Part shown: one piece after another, positions 38,669 to 49,481 of the stretch
How positions within the stretch are numbered: position 1 is the first letter of the stretch
How the letters are laid out: the number at the start of each line of letters is the position of its first letter
Source of the DNA: Planctomycetaceae bacterium
GTDB lineage: Bacteria; Planctomycetota; Planctomycetia; Planctomycetales; Planctomycetaceae
Length of the DNA stretch: 64,000 nucleotides
Direction of reading: 5' to 3'
Assembly (NCBI GenBank): GCA_037445755.1
Contig: JBBIJW010000023.1
Span: forward strand, 22,351 to 86,350
Notes under the pieces: generated by a model
What the model was told of the DNA's origin: nothing
Seen by the model: the letters and a program-made list of their open reading frames with translations, nothing else
Database searches by the model: none
Position numbers and translations under genes: made by a program

Positions 38669-41572
38669 TTATCGCACGACGAAGTTGACCATCCGCCCCG
38701 GCACCGCCACCACTTTGATCACCTGCTTCCCCGCCAGGTGCGCCTGGATGGACGGTTCCGCCTCGGCGATGGCCTGCATCCGGGCGGCGTCTGCCTCCGC
38801 GGGGACACGGACCTTGCCGCGCAGCTTGCCGTTCACCTGCACCGGGATTTCGATCTCCGTCTCGATGAGCATCTGCTCGTCCCACGCGGGCCAAGAGGCA
38901 TAGGTGAGCGACTCGTCATGGCCCAGCAGTTCCCACAGCTCCTCGGCGATATGCGGCGCGAACGGCGCCAGCAGCAGGACGAACGGTTCGAGACACGCGC
39001 GCGGCCGGGGGTTGTAGCCGGTAAAAGCGTTGGTGAACTCCATCATCCGGCTGATGGCGGTGTTGAAGCTCAGTTTCTCGATGTCTTCCGTGACCGCCTT
39101 GATGGTTTTGTGCAGCAGCCGTTGCTGCGCGACCGTGGGGGGGACGTCCTGGACGGCGGCATCGAGCGTGACCGTTTCGGCCCGCTCGTCGACGAACATC
39201 CGCCAGACCCGCGCGAGGAACCGGTACACCCCCTCGACGCCGCTCATGCTCCAGGGTTTCACCTGCTCGAGCGGGCCCATGAACATCTCGTACAGCCGCA
39301 GGGCGTCGGCTCCGTACTCGCGCACAATGTCGTCGGGATTGATGACATTCCCGCGGGACTTGGACATCTTGTACGCCCGGGCTTCGACGCGCACGGAGGG
39401 ATCGGCCTTCAGGACGAAGCCTTCCCCCTGTTTCACGACGTCCGTCTCGGCCACGCGCTCGCTGATCACCTGCCCCTCGGGTGTGCGCTCCGCCTCTTCC
39501 GGGGAGAGATACCGGCCGGTCGAGGCGTCCTTGAAGACCCGGAATTCCGTCTCGCCGAGAATCATCCCCTGGTTGACGAGCCGGCGGAACGGTTCGGGCG
39601 TCGAGACATACCCCCGGTCGAACAGCACCTTGTGCCAGAACCGTGAATACAACAAGTGCAGCACGGCGTGCTCCGCGCCTCCGATGTACAAGTCGACCGG
39701 CATCCAGTACTTCTCCACGGCCGGGTCGACGAACCGCTCGCAGTTGTGGGGATCGCAGAAGCGGAGGTAGTACCAGCACGAGCCGGCCCACTGCGGCATC
39801 GAGTTCGTCTCTCGCTTGAGCCGCGTCCCGTCGGGCGCGGTCGCGTACAGCCACTCTTCCGGCGCCCAGGAGAGGGGCGGTTCCGGCGTCCCCTTGGGTT
39901 TGAAGTCCTCCATCTCGGGGAGCGTGACCGGCAGTTCGCTCTCGGGAACGGTCCGCACCAGGCCGGTGAGGTTGCCCTCGGCGTCGAGTTCGTGCCACAA
40001 CGGGAATGGCTCGCCCCAGTAGCGCTGCCGTGAGAACAGCCAATCCCGCAGCCGGTAGTTCACTGCCTCGCGCCCCAATCCTGCGGCCGCAAGGTCGGCG
40101 GTGATGCGTCGCTTGAACTCGGCAGTGGGGAGGCCGTTGTAACTGCCGGAATGGATTGCCGTCCCCTCGCCGGTAAAACCGATGTTGTCGCCGGCGGGAT
40201 TCTGCACGACGTCGATCACCGGCAGGTGGAACGTCTGCGCGAATGCGAGGTCGCGTTCGTCATGCGCCGGCACCGCCATGATCGCGCCGGTGCCGTAGCT
40301 GATGAGGACGTAGTCGGCGATCCAGATCGGGATGCGCTCGCCATTGACCGGGTTGAAGGCATAGGCTCCCGTGAAGACGCCGGTCTTCTCCCGGGCGAGG
40401 TCGGTGCGGTCCAGGTCGCTTTTGAGGGCGGTCTTGCGGCGGTACTCGTCGACGGCCGCACGCTGCGCCGGAGTGGCGATGCGATCGACGAGGGGGTGTT
40501 CCGGGGCGACGACCATGTAGGTCGCGCCAAAGAGCGTGTCGGGTCGCGTGGTGTAGACCCGCAGGACGTTTGGCTCTGGCGTGGGGGGGAAGCCGCTTTT
40601 GCCGCGGTGTGCTTTCCAGGCGTGGAAGTCGGGGTGGGTCCCGGCGACGCTGTCGCCGGGCTTTGAGACGCTGTCGCCGGGGTTTGAGGCGCCGTCAACG
40701 AGGAAGTCCACCTCCGCACCGATGCTCTTGCCGATCCAGTTCCGCTGCAGGAGCTTGATCGACTCGGGCCAGTCCAGATCGTCCAGTTCGGCCAGCAGCC
40801 GCTCGGCATAGGCAGTAATCCGGAGCATCCATTGCCGCAGGGGACGGCGTTCCACGGGATGGCCGCCGATTTCGCTGGTCCCGTCCGCCAGGACCTCCTC
40901 GTTGGCGAGGACCGTCCCCAGCGCCGGACACCAGTTGACGGGGGCTTCCGTCTGGTAGGCGAGTCGGTGGGCGTCCTGATAACGGCGGATGGCGACGGTG
41001 GTCGTCGCGTCCGGAGTTCCGGCCTGCGACAGCGAGGGAGGGAGGGGCAACTCGGCGATGGGCCTCCCTTTTCCGCGGCGTCGCTGTCCGTCGGGCCCGG
41101 TCCATTCGTACTCCGGGTCGTACCAGGTGTCGTAAAGCTGCAGGAAGATCCACTGCGTCCAACGGTAATAGGATTCGTCGGTGGTGGAGAACTCGCGGCT
41201 CCAGTCGTAGCTGAAGCCGAGCATCTTGAGCTGCCGCTTGAAGGTCTCGATGTTCTGGTCGGTGGTGACGCGGGGATGTGTGCCGGTCTTGATGGCGTGC
41301 TGTTCCGCGGGGAGGCCGAAGGCGTCCCAGCCCATGGGGTGCAAGACGTGCTTCCCCTTCATCCGCGCGTAACGGCAGACGATGTCGGTCGCGGTATAGC
41401 CCTCCGGATGTCCGACGTGCAGGCCCGCTCCGGAGGGATAGGGGAACATGTCCAGGACGTACAGCTTCCCCGTGGTTCCGGGCGGCGGCTTGTTGGGGGT
41501 GACGAAGGTGCCTCGGTCGTCCCAGACCTGCTGCCACTTCGGTTCAATGCGGTGAGGGTCGTAACGGGGCAT
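38669..41572 (-). CDS. leuS: leucine--tRNA ligase
   Basis: ATG 41572 ([17 protein letters not shown]). The HIGH-type motif is HVGHPEGY and KMSKS is present ([10 protein letters not shown]). Confidence 0.95.
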   Translation of the reverse strand: MPRYDPHRIEPKWQQVWDDRGTFVTPNKPPPGTTGKLYVLDMFPYPSGAGLHVGHPEGYTATDIVCRYARMKGKHVLHPMGWDAFGLPAEQHAIKTGTHPRVTTDQNIETFKRQLKMLGFSYDWSREFSTTDESYYRWTQWIFLQLYDTWYDPEYEWTGPDGQRRRGKGRPIAELPLPPSLSQAGTPDATTTVAIRRYQDAHRLAYQTEAPVNWCPALGTVLANEEVLADGTSEIGGHPVERRPLRQWMLRITAYAERLLAELDDLDWPESIKLLQRNWIGKSIGAEVDFLVDGASNPGDSVSKPGDSVAGTHPDFHAWKAHRGKSGFPPTPEPNVLRVYTTRPDTLFGATYMVVAPEHPLVDRIATPAQRAAVDEYRRKTALKSDLDRTDLAREKTGVFTGAYAFNPVNGERIPIWIADYVLISYGTGAIMAVPAHDERDLAFAQTFHLPVIDVVQNPAGDNIGFTGEGTAIHSGSYNGLPTAEFKRRITADLAAAGLGREAVNYRLRDWLFSRQRYWGEPFPLWHELDAEGNLTGLVRTVPESELPVTLPEMEDFKPKGTPEPPLSWAPEEWLYATAPDGTRLKRETNSMPQWAGSCWYYLRFCDPHNCERFVDPAVEKYWMPVDLYIGGAEHAVLHLLYSRFWHKVLFDRGYVSTPEPFRRLVNQGMILGETEFRVFKDASTGRYLSPEEAERTPEGQVISERVAETDVVKQGEGFVLKADPSVRVEARAYKMSKSRGNVINPDDIVREYGADALRLYEMFMGPLEQVKPWSMSGVEGVYRFLARVWRMFVDERAETVTLDAAVQDVPPTVAQQRLLHKTIKAVTEDIEKLSFNTAISRMMEFTNAFTGYNPRPRACLEPFVLLLAPFAPHIAEELWELLGHDESLTYASWPAWDEQMLIETEIEIPVQVNGKLRGKVRVPAEADAARMQAIAEAEPSIQAHLAGKQVIKVVAVPGRMVNFVVR

Positions 41573-41801
41573 GGAGCGTGGAAAGCCGAGAGTCCAGAGT
41601 CGAGAGTCGGGTCGCAACCGGCCGGAAGTGTAAAGTGCGACACAAAGTCGAGCCAACGGGTGCGGTCAATTTCGCACGGCTGGCAGACATGCCACCGCCG
41701 GGAATGCGCTCGGCCGCCCCCTCCCGTCTCCGGATGGCCATCCCCGTGAGCCGAAGCTGCGATCAGCCCGGGAGCATCAGGCCGCGGTCTCGGCACTCCG
41801 C

Positions 41802-42296
41802 TCAAGGCGGCTCTGTGGGCAGCTCCTTGGGGCGCCAGAGTTCCTTGAGCCGGATCCGCCACCGTCCGGTCGCCTTGTCGAAATCGACTTTCAACCGGGC
41901 GATGGCCGCTGTGGGGAGCCGGATCGACTCGCCGGTCCATTCGCGGAGCAATCCTTCCAGGCCGGGGTTGTGCCCGATCACGAGGAGGCGCTCCCCCGGA
42001 CGCGTCAACGGGGGAAGGACTGCCGCCAGATGTTCGACGGTGGCATGATAGAGATCGTCCCGGACTTCGATGGGCGGGGGGGGATCGCAGGCGGCGGCGA
42101 CCAGTTCCGCGGTCTCCCGGGCGCGCCGGGCGGAAGAAGTGACGATCCGCGCGGGAGCATCACCCTGAGCGACCAGCCAGCGACCCATGCGCGGGGCGTC
42201 GCGACGTCCGCGTTCATTGAGCGGACGCGCATGGTCGGGACAGCCGGCGTCCTCCCAGCTCGACTTGGCGTGTCGCATCAGCAGCAGCGTGGCCAT
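41802..42296 (-). CDS. histidine phosphatase family protein, SixA-like
   Basis: ATG 42296 gives MATLLLMRHAKS (RHG-type catalytic motif). Length 164 aa. It lies 28 nt downstream of ppk. Confidence 0.75.
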   Translation of the reverse strand: MATLLLMRHAKSSWEDAGCPDHARPLNERGRRDAPRMGRWLVAQGDAPARIVTSSARRARETAELVAAACDPPPPIEVRDDLYHATVEHLAAVLPPLTRPGERLLVIGHNPGLEGLLREWTGESIRLPTAAIARLKVDFDKATGRWRIRLKELWRPKELPTEPP

Positions 42297-42324
42297 AGGA
42301 GAGGCTTGCGACGGTGGCGGGACG

Positions 42325-44484
42325 TTAACCGGCCGCTTCCGAGGGACGATGGGGTTCAAAATAGGTCAAACCCCGCCCGTGCTGCATCGAGACACGGGCG
42401 CACGCCTGCTCGTACAACTGCTGCTGGGCGCGCAGCGGCGTTTCGCCGGGCTCGGGGACGATCCGCTCGTGGGTTCCGTCGGGGAGTAGCCGCCGCGCCT
42501 TCACATTGTCGCGGAAATAGGTCTCCAACGTCTCCACCAGCCGCGCGGAGCACTCCGCGTCTTCCACGGGGACCAGCAGTTCGATGCGGCGATCGAGGTT
42601 CCGCGGCATCCAATCAGCGCTGGCGATGAACACGCGGGGGTCGCCGCCGTGATGAAAGGAGATGATCCGCGAGTGTTCCAAAAAACGGTCGACGATGCTG
42701 ACGACCTCGATGGACTCGCTCAGCTTGCGGACTCCCGGCCGCAGGCAGCAGATGCCCCGGACGTTGAGCTTGATCTGCACGCCGGCCTGCGAGGCCTGGT
42801 AGAGGGCGTCGATGAGGACCGGATCGACGAGGGCATTGACCTTGGCCAGGATGCGGGCGGGGAGGCCGTCCCGCGCCTGCTCAATCTCCACCTGGATCAG
42901 GTCGAGGAGCGTGTCGCGGAGCGTGAGGGGGGCGGCTTCGAGCTTGCGATATCGCTGGGGCTGGGAATAACCGGTGATGGCATTGAAGAACTCGACGGCG
43001 TCGGCCCCCAGATCGGGATCGGCGGTCATCAGGCTCACGTCGCTGTACAGACGCGCGGTGACCTCGTTGTAATTCCCCGTGCCGAAGTGAACGATCCGCT
43101 GAATCCCCTGCTCGCCGCCGCGGCGGACGATCAGGCAGCATTTGGCGTGCGTCTTGAGGCCCTTGACGCCGTAAATCACCTGGGCGCCGGCTTCTTCCAG
43201 CCTTCGCGCCCAGGTGATGTTGCGGGCTTCGTCGAAACGGGCCTTCAACTCCACGACCGCCGTGACGTGCTTGCCGTTTTCGGCGGCCCGCAGGAGCGCG
43301 GCCACGATCGGACTGTCGCGGCTGGTGCGGTAAAGGGTTTGCTTGATCGCCAGGACGTCCGGGTCGGCCGCGGCCTCGTCGAGCAACCGTTGCACGGGCT
43401 CAAAACTCTCATAGGGATGCAGCAGCAGCACGTCCCGCTGGCTGACGACGTCGACCACTCGCTCCCCGGGGGGGAAATCGGGGGAGGGCTGCGGCGGCCA
43501 CGGTTCGTACTTGAGCGCTTCAAATCCCGGTTGATCGGCGATCCGCAGGAACGCCGCCAGGTCCAGCGGACCGGGAATGCGGTAGGTCTGATCCGCCGGC
43601 GCGCGGAGCACCTGTGTCAGGAACGAGAGCATCTGAGGGGAAGCGGCCTCTGCAATCTCCAGCCGCACGCATTCCGCCAGCCGACGCTCCGTCAAAAGCT
43701 GCTCCATTTCATCCAGCAGATCGGAGGCTTTGTCCTCTTCGAGTTCGACTTCGGCATTGCGGCTGATGCGAAAGGGGATGCACTCGGCCACGCGTTCGCC
43801 GGCGAAGAACCGGTCGGCGAACATCTGCACGGCATCCTCCAGCAGCAGATGCGCGACGCCGGTCTCGGACGGGAGAGGCAGGAATCGCGATGTGCCGGGA
43901 CCAAAGGGAATCACCGCGAAGCGATCCGCCGAATCCTCATCCCCCTGGCGAGGCGCCAGCCGCGCGCAGACACTCAGCACCTGGTTGGGAAGGAGGGGGA
44001 AGTCCTCCCGGCAGGTCACCGCCATCGGGGTGAGGATGGGAAAGACCTCATTCTCGAAGATGCGCCGCAGGATCCGCCGCTGCGCCGGCGTGAGCGTTTC
44101 GGGACGCAGACGACGGATGCCGGCCGCCGACAGCTTCGGTTCCAGGTCCTCCAGATAGCAGCGGTACTGCGTCTCCACAAGCTGCTGGACCCGGCGGCTG
44201 ATGGCCTCCAACTGCTGGCGCGGGGTGAGTCCCGCGGGGTCCGGGCGGGTGACCCCCTGCTCCACCTGCGCCTGAAGCGCCCCCACGCGGACTCGAAAAA
44301 ACTCATCCAGGTTGGACCCGGAAATCGCGAGAAACCGCAACCGCTCCAGCAGCGGGAGAGACGGGTCCGTCGCTTCTTCCAGCACGCGCTGATCGAATTC
44401 CAGCCAGCTCAACTCGCGGTTGAGATAGGCCGGTCTGTTGGAGGGTCCCCTGGGCATGAGTCTGTATCCGCTGTCGGCGACCAT
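42325..44484 (-). CDS. ppk: polyphosphate kinase 1
   Basis: AYLNRELSWLEFDQRVLEEA N-terminus and a full-length PPK1 layout with two PLD-like C-domains. The start is uncertain (ATG 44484 or 44457, TTG 44511). Confidence 0.92.
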   Translation of the reverse strand: MVADSGYRLMPRGPSNRPAYLNRELSWLEFDQRVLEEATDPSLPLLERLRFLAISGSNLDEFFRVRVGALQAQVEQGVTRPDPAGLTPRQQLEAISRRVQQLVETQYRCYLEDLEPKLSAAGIRRLRPETLTPAQRRILRRIFENEVFPILTPMAVTCREDFPLLPNQVLSVCARLAPRQGDEDSADRFAVIPFGPGTSRFLPLPSETGVAHLLLEDAVQMFADRFFAGERVAECIPFRISRNAEVELEEDKASDLLDEMEQLLTERRLAECVRLEIAEAASPQMLSFLTQVLRAPADQTYRIPGPLDLAAFLRIADQPGFEALKYEPWPPQPSPDFPPGERVVDVVSQRDVLLLHPYESFEPVQRLLDEAAADPDVLAIKQTLYRTSRDSPIVAALLRAAENGKHVTAVVELKARFDEARNITWARRLEEAGAQVIYGVKGLKTHAKCCLIVRRGGEQGIQRIVHFGTGNYNEVTARLYSDVSLMTADPDLGADAVEFFNAITGYSQPQRYRKLEAAPLTLRDTLLDLIQVEIEQARDGLPARILAKVNALVDPVLIDALYQASQAGVQIKLNVRGICCLRPGVRKLSESIEVVSIVDRFLEHSRIISFHHGGDPRVFIASADWMPRNLDRRIELLVPVEDAECSARLVETLETYFRDNVKARRLLPDGTHERIVPEPGETPLRAQQQLYEQACARVSMQHGRGLTYFEPHRPSEAAG

Positions 44485-44803
44485 TCTGCGGGCGTGTCGG
44501 GAGGGGATCAAGGGGGGCCGGCCGAAGCTCGAGGGCTTGCGCTTTGTACAAGCTTGGCGAAGGGCTTCTGTTCGCCGGCTGGCTTGTCAGCCGGGCCTGA
44601 TCGGTCCTCGCGGACAGCGATCTCCCCCCGCGTGAACTCCGCGACAGGCCTGGATCAGGGGAGGGGAGCTGCGCGCGGTGAATCAAGATTCACGCCCATC
44701 CCCCCTCCTCACCTGACCGTCGGACGGAAGAACGTCCCGTATTCTCCACGCCCCGCTCTCTACTCTCCCCGCTCGACTCTCCACCCAACGACGGCGCCTC
44801 CGG

Positions 44804-45778
44804 TCACGACCCCAACCGCTCCCCCTTGAACAGCTTGCGGCCGAGATTGGCGTTGTACGGCGTCCAGTGGGCGTCGGTGTTCGGATCGCTGACAATCAGC
44901 GACTGGAACTCGTTGACCTTCGCATCGAGGTTGTCGAGGTGATGCAGAAAGATCGCCTCCGGAGTCATGGGGAGCTTGGGGCTGCCGAACTCGTAGCTGC
45001 CGTGATGGCTGAGGATCATGTGCTTGATCCGCAGCAGGTGCTCCTCCGGCAGGCTTTCTCCCAGCACCTGCTCGACCAGCGCCGCCTTTTCATTGAGCAT
45101 TTCAATGCCGATGACGAGGTGGCCGAGGAGTTGCCCTTCGTCGGTGTAGACGAACGCGGCGTCGAAGCCGAGTTCGCGCACCTTGCCCAGATCGTGCAGG
45201 AAGATGCCCACCAGCAGCAGGTCGCGATCGACGGGCGGATACAGGTCCACGATCCGGATCGCCGTCTCCAGCAGGTTGACGATGTGCTCCACCAGCCCGC
45301 CGTGGTAGGCGTGATGCAGCTTGACCCCGGCCGGACAGCGGGCCAGCTCGTTCATCAACGGCTGGTCGTTGAGGTAACACTCCACCAGCGTCCGCAGGGG
45401 CCGCCGCTCGATGGTCAGCAGAATCTCCTTCAGCCGCCCCAGCAGCCGGTCGGTCTCCACCGACGTCCCCGGAATGAAGTCCGAGAGGTCCAGTTCCTCC
45501 GCCTCCTGGGGAACGATATGCGTGAGGATGATCTGCAGGTTTCCCTGATAGAGCTGCACCTTCCCACGAATGCGGACGAACTGCCCGGCGGAGATGTGGG
45601 CCAACGCCTCCTCCTTGACGTTCCAGAGCAGACCGCTGATCTGGCCGGTCCGGTCCCGCAGTTGCGCCAGCAGGTACAGCTCTGCATTCCGATTGGCCCG
45701 CAGTTGCTTGTCAGCCAGCAGATAGACCTCTTCGATCGTCTCCCCGTCCAGGAGCGTATTGACGTAACGACGCGACAT
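44804..45778 (-). CDS. OB-fold + HD-domain 3'-5' exoribonuclease, YhaM-like
   Basis: ATG 45778 ([13 protein letters not shown]). OB fold [17 protein letters not shown] and HD domain [11 protein letters not shown] ... FLHDLGK. Confidence 0.75.
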   Translation of the reverse strand: MSRRYVNTLLDGETIEEVYLLADKQLRANRNAELYLLAQLRDRTGQISGLLWNVKEEALAHISAGQFVRIRGKVQLYQGNLQIILTHIVPQEAEELDLSDFIPGTSVETDRLLGRLKEILLTIERRPLRTLVECYLNDQPLMNELARCPAGVKLHHAYHGGLVEHIVNLLETAIRIVDLYPPVDRDLLLVGIFLHDLGKVRELGFDAAFVYTDEGQLLGHLVIGIEMLNEKAALVEQVLGESLPEEHLLRIKHMILSHHGSYEFGSPKLPMTPEAIFLHHLDNLDAKVNEFQSLIVSDPNTDAHWTPYNANLGRKLFKGERLGS

Positions 45779-46044
45779 GCGAGCCTGCCATTCCCGAAAT
45801 GCCACTGATGGCGCACCCGCGCAGCGCGCATCACAAGAGCAACGGAGAACCACCACCGGCGCCATCTTAGAGAACGCCGGGGCGGTTGTCTGCCGCACCA
45901 CGGACGTTCCACAGGGGTTTGCCGCGACGGGCGGACCGGCCAACTCTCCCGCGACCCAACCTCGGGGCGGGTTCGCCCGGGAACCAGATCTCCGGGAACG
46001 GGAGGAGCGCGGGGTGCGACCAACTCCCGAGCGCGCCCGGGTCG

Positions 46045-47889
46045 TCAGGCCGCATGGCGGACCGGCTCCGGCGTCGCCGGACGCTGATCCTGACGCTGAT
46101 CCTGGCGGTGGAGGGGTCCGTGCTCCGGACCGGCACGCTGGTCAGCCGGAGGATTCTGCGGAGCGTCCGGTCCCGCCTGCCGGGGGACCTCACTCGACGC
46201 CGGGTCCGGTTCTTCCGCGCGGCCGCCGGCAAGCCCCGTCAGCACCGCGGGGAGCGTGACCAGCGACACGAACAGGCACGTGCTCAGCCCGATCACCAGC
46301 ACCTGACCCAGGCTGGCCAGTCCCCGATGCGAGGCCACAAGCAGGCTGCCGAACCCGCTCATCGACGTCAGCGACGTGAGGATGATGGCGTTCATCGTGC
46401 TGGGCGACGTGCGATACGGCCCGGTCTGTTTCCGGAAGTCGTGCAGCACGTAAACGCCGTTGTCGACGCCGATGCCGAGAATCAGCGGCAGGACGATGAT
46501 GTTGGCCGGATTGAGATCGACCCCCAGCCACCCCATGGCGCCGAACATCATCCCCAGCCCGACCACGGGCGGCGTCAGCGCCAGCAGGAGATTGCGGACG
46601 TTGGCCCCGTCGAAGACCGCCCCCACCGCCAGGGCCATGACGACGTACAGCGTCAGCAGCCAGCGGGCGTTCTCCCAAGGGTCGAGGCTGCTTTCACTCA
46701 CCATCGCAAACACGACCACGATCAAGGGCGCCAGGAGTGCCACCCACTTCGGTCCCGACTCGAGCATGTCGATCAGGAGCACCAGGCAGATCACCAGGAA
46801 CGCGGACCACCCCGCGTTGATGTAGCTCTGTCGAATCTGGCGGGCGGCTTCAAAGTTTTGCAGCGGCGTGCCGGTCGCCTCCGGATCGATGCTCCGCACG
46901 TCCGCCACGAACCGGGCCAGGGGCGCCTCATCCCACACCTGCTCCCGCGGAAAGACCCGCAGCAGCCAATCCCCCTGCGGACTGACAAACCGGTCGCGGA
47001 TGGCCGAGTCCAGATCGTCCACGGTCACCGGCGCAGGGTCGGCGGCGGCGGCGATGTGCTCCAGCTCCGTCCTGAGCGCCGTCAACATGGCGTACTGATA
47101 GCTCTCCAGGAACTCCACCTGTCGTTCCACCGGCAGCTTCTCGAACCCGTCGAGGAAGGCATCGAGACGCGCCGCCGCGGCCCGGACGGCGGGATCGCCG
47201 GAGGCCTCCAGCACGGTCAGCAGCTCCTCCAACGCCTGCCCGATCGTCAGCGGATCGATCTGCGGCAAGTCCCGGGGGATGGCGGAGAGCTGCGCCAGGC
47301 GGGCGCGGATCGCCTGCACCAGCAATTGCGTCTCCGACGGCGGGTAGGGGGGCATCGCCGTCGCCAGGTGCTCCACGTGCGCGACCGTCGGCAGCGCTTC
47401 GAACTGCTCCGCTCTCCGCCGCGCCTCGCCGGGACTGCTCGCCAGCGAAACCGCATACAGCAGCGACGCCCCCGACTGGCGAAAAATTCTCTGCTGCACC
47501 GCCACCGACTCCACGTCATCGGCCTGAAGATTGAGCAGGTTGGCGTCGTACCGCACGCGGAAACCCCACTCGCCTTGACGCCAGTCGATTGCCCCCGCCC
47601 CCACCGCCACGACGAGGATGAGACTCAGGCCGGTGAGCAGCAGCGGGCGGCGCGCCGTCAGCCGCCGCAGCCACTCCGCGCGGAAGGGAGTCGGCAGTTG
47701 TCTTGGCTCCACCCTCCGATCCGCGATTTTGAGCAGCGGAGGGAGGACCAGGAACGCGGCCGCCGCACACAACACGATCCCCCCCCCGGCGATGATCCCC
47801 AGTTCCGCCACGCCGAGGAATTGCGTGAAGGCCGCGCACAAAAACGCCAGCGCTGTCGTGATCGCCGCCGTCGCGATCCCCGTCCCCAC
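46045..47889 (-). CDS. RND/MMPL-family (HpnN-like) exporter, C-terminal fragment after a frameshift
   Basis: [20 protein letters not shown] continues the first TM bundle, followed by a second periplasmic domain and a second six-TM bundle. It reads in a different frame from 47658..49139. Confidence 0.7.
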   Translation of the reverse strand: MGTGIATAAITTALAFLCAAFTQFLGVAELGIIAGGGIVLCAAAAFLVLPPLLKIADRRVEPRQLPTPFRAEWLRRLTARRPLLLTGLSLILVVAVGAGAIDWRQGEWGFRVRYDANLLNLQADDVESVAVQQRIFRQSGASLLYAVSLASSPGEARRRAEQFEALPTVAHVEHLATAMPPYPPSETQLLVQAIRARLAQLSAIPRDLPQIDPLTIGQALEELLTVLEASGDPAVRAAAARLDAFLDGFEKLPVERQVEFLESYQYAMLTALRTELEHIAAAADPAPVTVDDLDSAIRDRFVSPQGDWLLRVFPREQVWDEAPLARFVADVRSIDPEATGTPLQNFEAARQIRQSYINAGWSAFLVICLVLLIDMLESGPKWVALLAPLIVVVFAMVSESSLDPWENARWLLTLYVVMALAVGAVFDGANVRNLLLALTPPVVGLGMMFGAMGWLGVDLNPANIIVLPLILGIGVDNGVYVLHDFRKQTGPYRTSPSTMNAIILTSLTSMSGFGSLLVASHRGLASLGQVLVIGLSTCLFVSLVTLPAVLTGLAGGRAEEPDPASSEVPRQAGPDAPQNPPADQRAGPEHGPLHRQDQRQDQRPATPEPVRHAA

Positions 47890-49139
47890 CGATTCGCTGG
47901 TGCGCCGATGGTCTCATCGAGGTCGCCGCCATTCCGCCGCAGTTCCAGATACTTCGCCAGATAGTGGATCGCACAGTCGATCCCCAGACCAATCAGGATC
48001 GCCGCAAACGAGACCGACAGAATGTTGAGATGCCCCACCGTCACCGTGGTGTATCCGATCGCCCACGAGAGACCGACCAGGAGCATCACCAAGGCGATGA
48101 CCGGATGCCGCACGCCGCGAAACCCCACCAGCAGCAGCACGGCGACTCCCCCCAGCGAGATCAGCGACGCCCGCCCCATGTCCATCTGCGAACGATGCAT
48201 CTCGTCTGCTTCCAGCACCGGGATGCCCGTGAGGCCGAAGGTCGCCTGGGGAAATTCCTGTGCGGCCGCCGCCAGCAGCGTGCGAATCCGTTCAATGGCC
48301 GGCGAGGTCCCGCTGAAGTCCTCCGGCGACTGGATCGGCACCGCCGTCAGGAAACCCATGGTCCCATCTGGCGTCGATTGATAGCGCACCGCCCGGAGCG
48401 CCTCCAACCGCCCCCGCGCCAGCGGAAAGACTTCCGGCCAGGGAGAGAGAAACCCTGCGGCGGCGCGATCCGGAACCCCGCTCATGCCTGCCGAACCAAC
48501 GCCGCCCCGGCCGGGACTGATCGCCAATGCTGCAAAGCTCGTCAGGCTCTCGCTCAACCGCACTGCCTGGGAGAGCGTCGCCGCCGTCTCCGCCGCGCGG
48601 CCGTTCTGCTCCGTCCACCGCAGGTGGCTGGTCAGGCGGCGGCAGTACGACTCCAAGCCCGCCCGGTCCCAGTGGCCCTCCAGAATGGGACCATAGATCG
48701 TCATCTGCTTCAGACCCTGTTCCAGCTCCGCCGGAGAAAGGTATTGCAGACCCTTTCGCAACAGGGGACCCGGATCAAACTTCCAGCTCACGCGCTGGAA
48801 CAGTTCCGGTTGCTCGCGGAGCTGCATCCCCAGCCGATCGAGCGCCGCCGTCACCACGCGTGGGTCCGGCGACTCGATCACAATCACCAGGTCCGACTGG
48901 TCCCCGAACCGCTCCACGAATTGCAGCCACCGCTGCTGAAACGGCGCCCGGGGATCGATCAGGTCCGACCGGCTGGTCTTGAACGTGAGGAACCGCGCCG
49001 CCAGCCCCACGCCCAGCACGGCCGATATCAGCATCAACCACAGCGCACTCCCCGGACGGCGCATCTGCGCGCGGGTCACGAGGCTCAGCAGACCGGTCAG
49101 CGCGCCACTCGGCGGAGTCTCGCCTGAGCTGCCAGCCAT
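47658..49139 (-). CDS. RND/MMPL-family (HpnN-like) exporter, N-terminal fragment before a frameshift
   Basis: ATG 49139. TM1, a periplasmic domain and the TM bundle up to GLGIDCAIHYLAKYLELRRNGGDLDETIG read normally, then an Arg-rich out-of-frame tail runs to the stop at 47658. Confidence 0.7.
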   Translation of the reverse strand: MAGSSGETPPSGALTGLLSLVTRAQMRRPGSALWLMLISAVLGVGLAARFLTFKTSRSDLIDPRAPFQQRWLQFVERFGDQSDLVIVIESPDPRVVTAALDRLGMQLREQPELFQRVSWKFDPGPLLRKGLQYLSPAELEQGLKQMTIYGPILEGHWDRAGLESYCRRLTSHLRWTEQNGRAAETAATLSQAVRLSESLTSFAALAISPGRGGVGSAGMSGVPDRAAAGFLSPWPEVFPLARGRLEALRAVRYQSTPDGTMGFLTAVPIQSPEDFSGTSPAIERIRTLLAAAAQEFPQATFGLTGIPVLEADEMHRSQMDMGRASLISLGGVAVLLLVGFRGVRHPVIALVMLLVGLSWAIGYTTVTVGHLNILSVSFAAILIGLGIDCAIHYLAKYLELRRNGGDLDETIGAPANRWGRGSRRRRSRQRWRFCARPSRNSSAWRNWGSSPGGGSCCVRRPRSWSSLRCSKSRIGGWSQDNCRLPSARSGCGG

Positions 49140-49481
49140 AAGGTCGTCCCTGACACAGAGGCTCGTCGCCCGGACCTCCGGACGAAACTCGGTCTGGTCG
49201 TTCCCCACGAATCCCTGCCCGGCGGTTAGCGCGGATCGCACACCCGTCGCGGGGCCGGTGGAGGCGGAAGTCTAGGGAAACCCCTCCCGACCCGGCAAGC
49301 AGAGTTGCCGCCTCCCAAACCGCACCCCGTCATCCCCCCAACTGCATTTCCTCCTCTCCGGCCCACTGCACCGGCGGCGAGTTTCGTCCGCCCTGCTCCT
49401 CCGATACGATGCTGTCATCAGCGGATGTCGATCGGTTGCTCCTCTGCTGACCGCTGACGATGCCCTCTCTGGAGACCGCTC

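Noticed and set aside
46070-46105. A 12-bp tandem repeat (acgctgatcctg x2) near the 3' end of the RND exporter gene.
   Set aside because: It is only two copies of a short unit, encoding RQDQ RQDQ in a disordered C-terminal tail. I judged it too minor to report as a finding.
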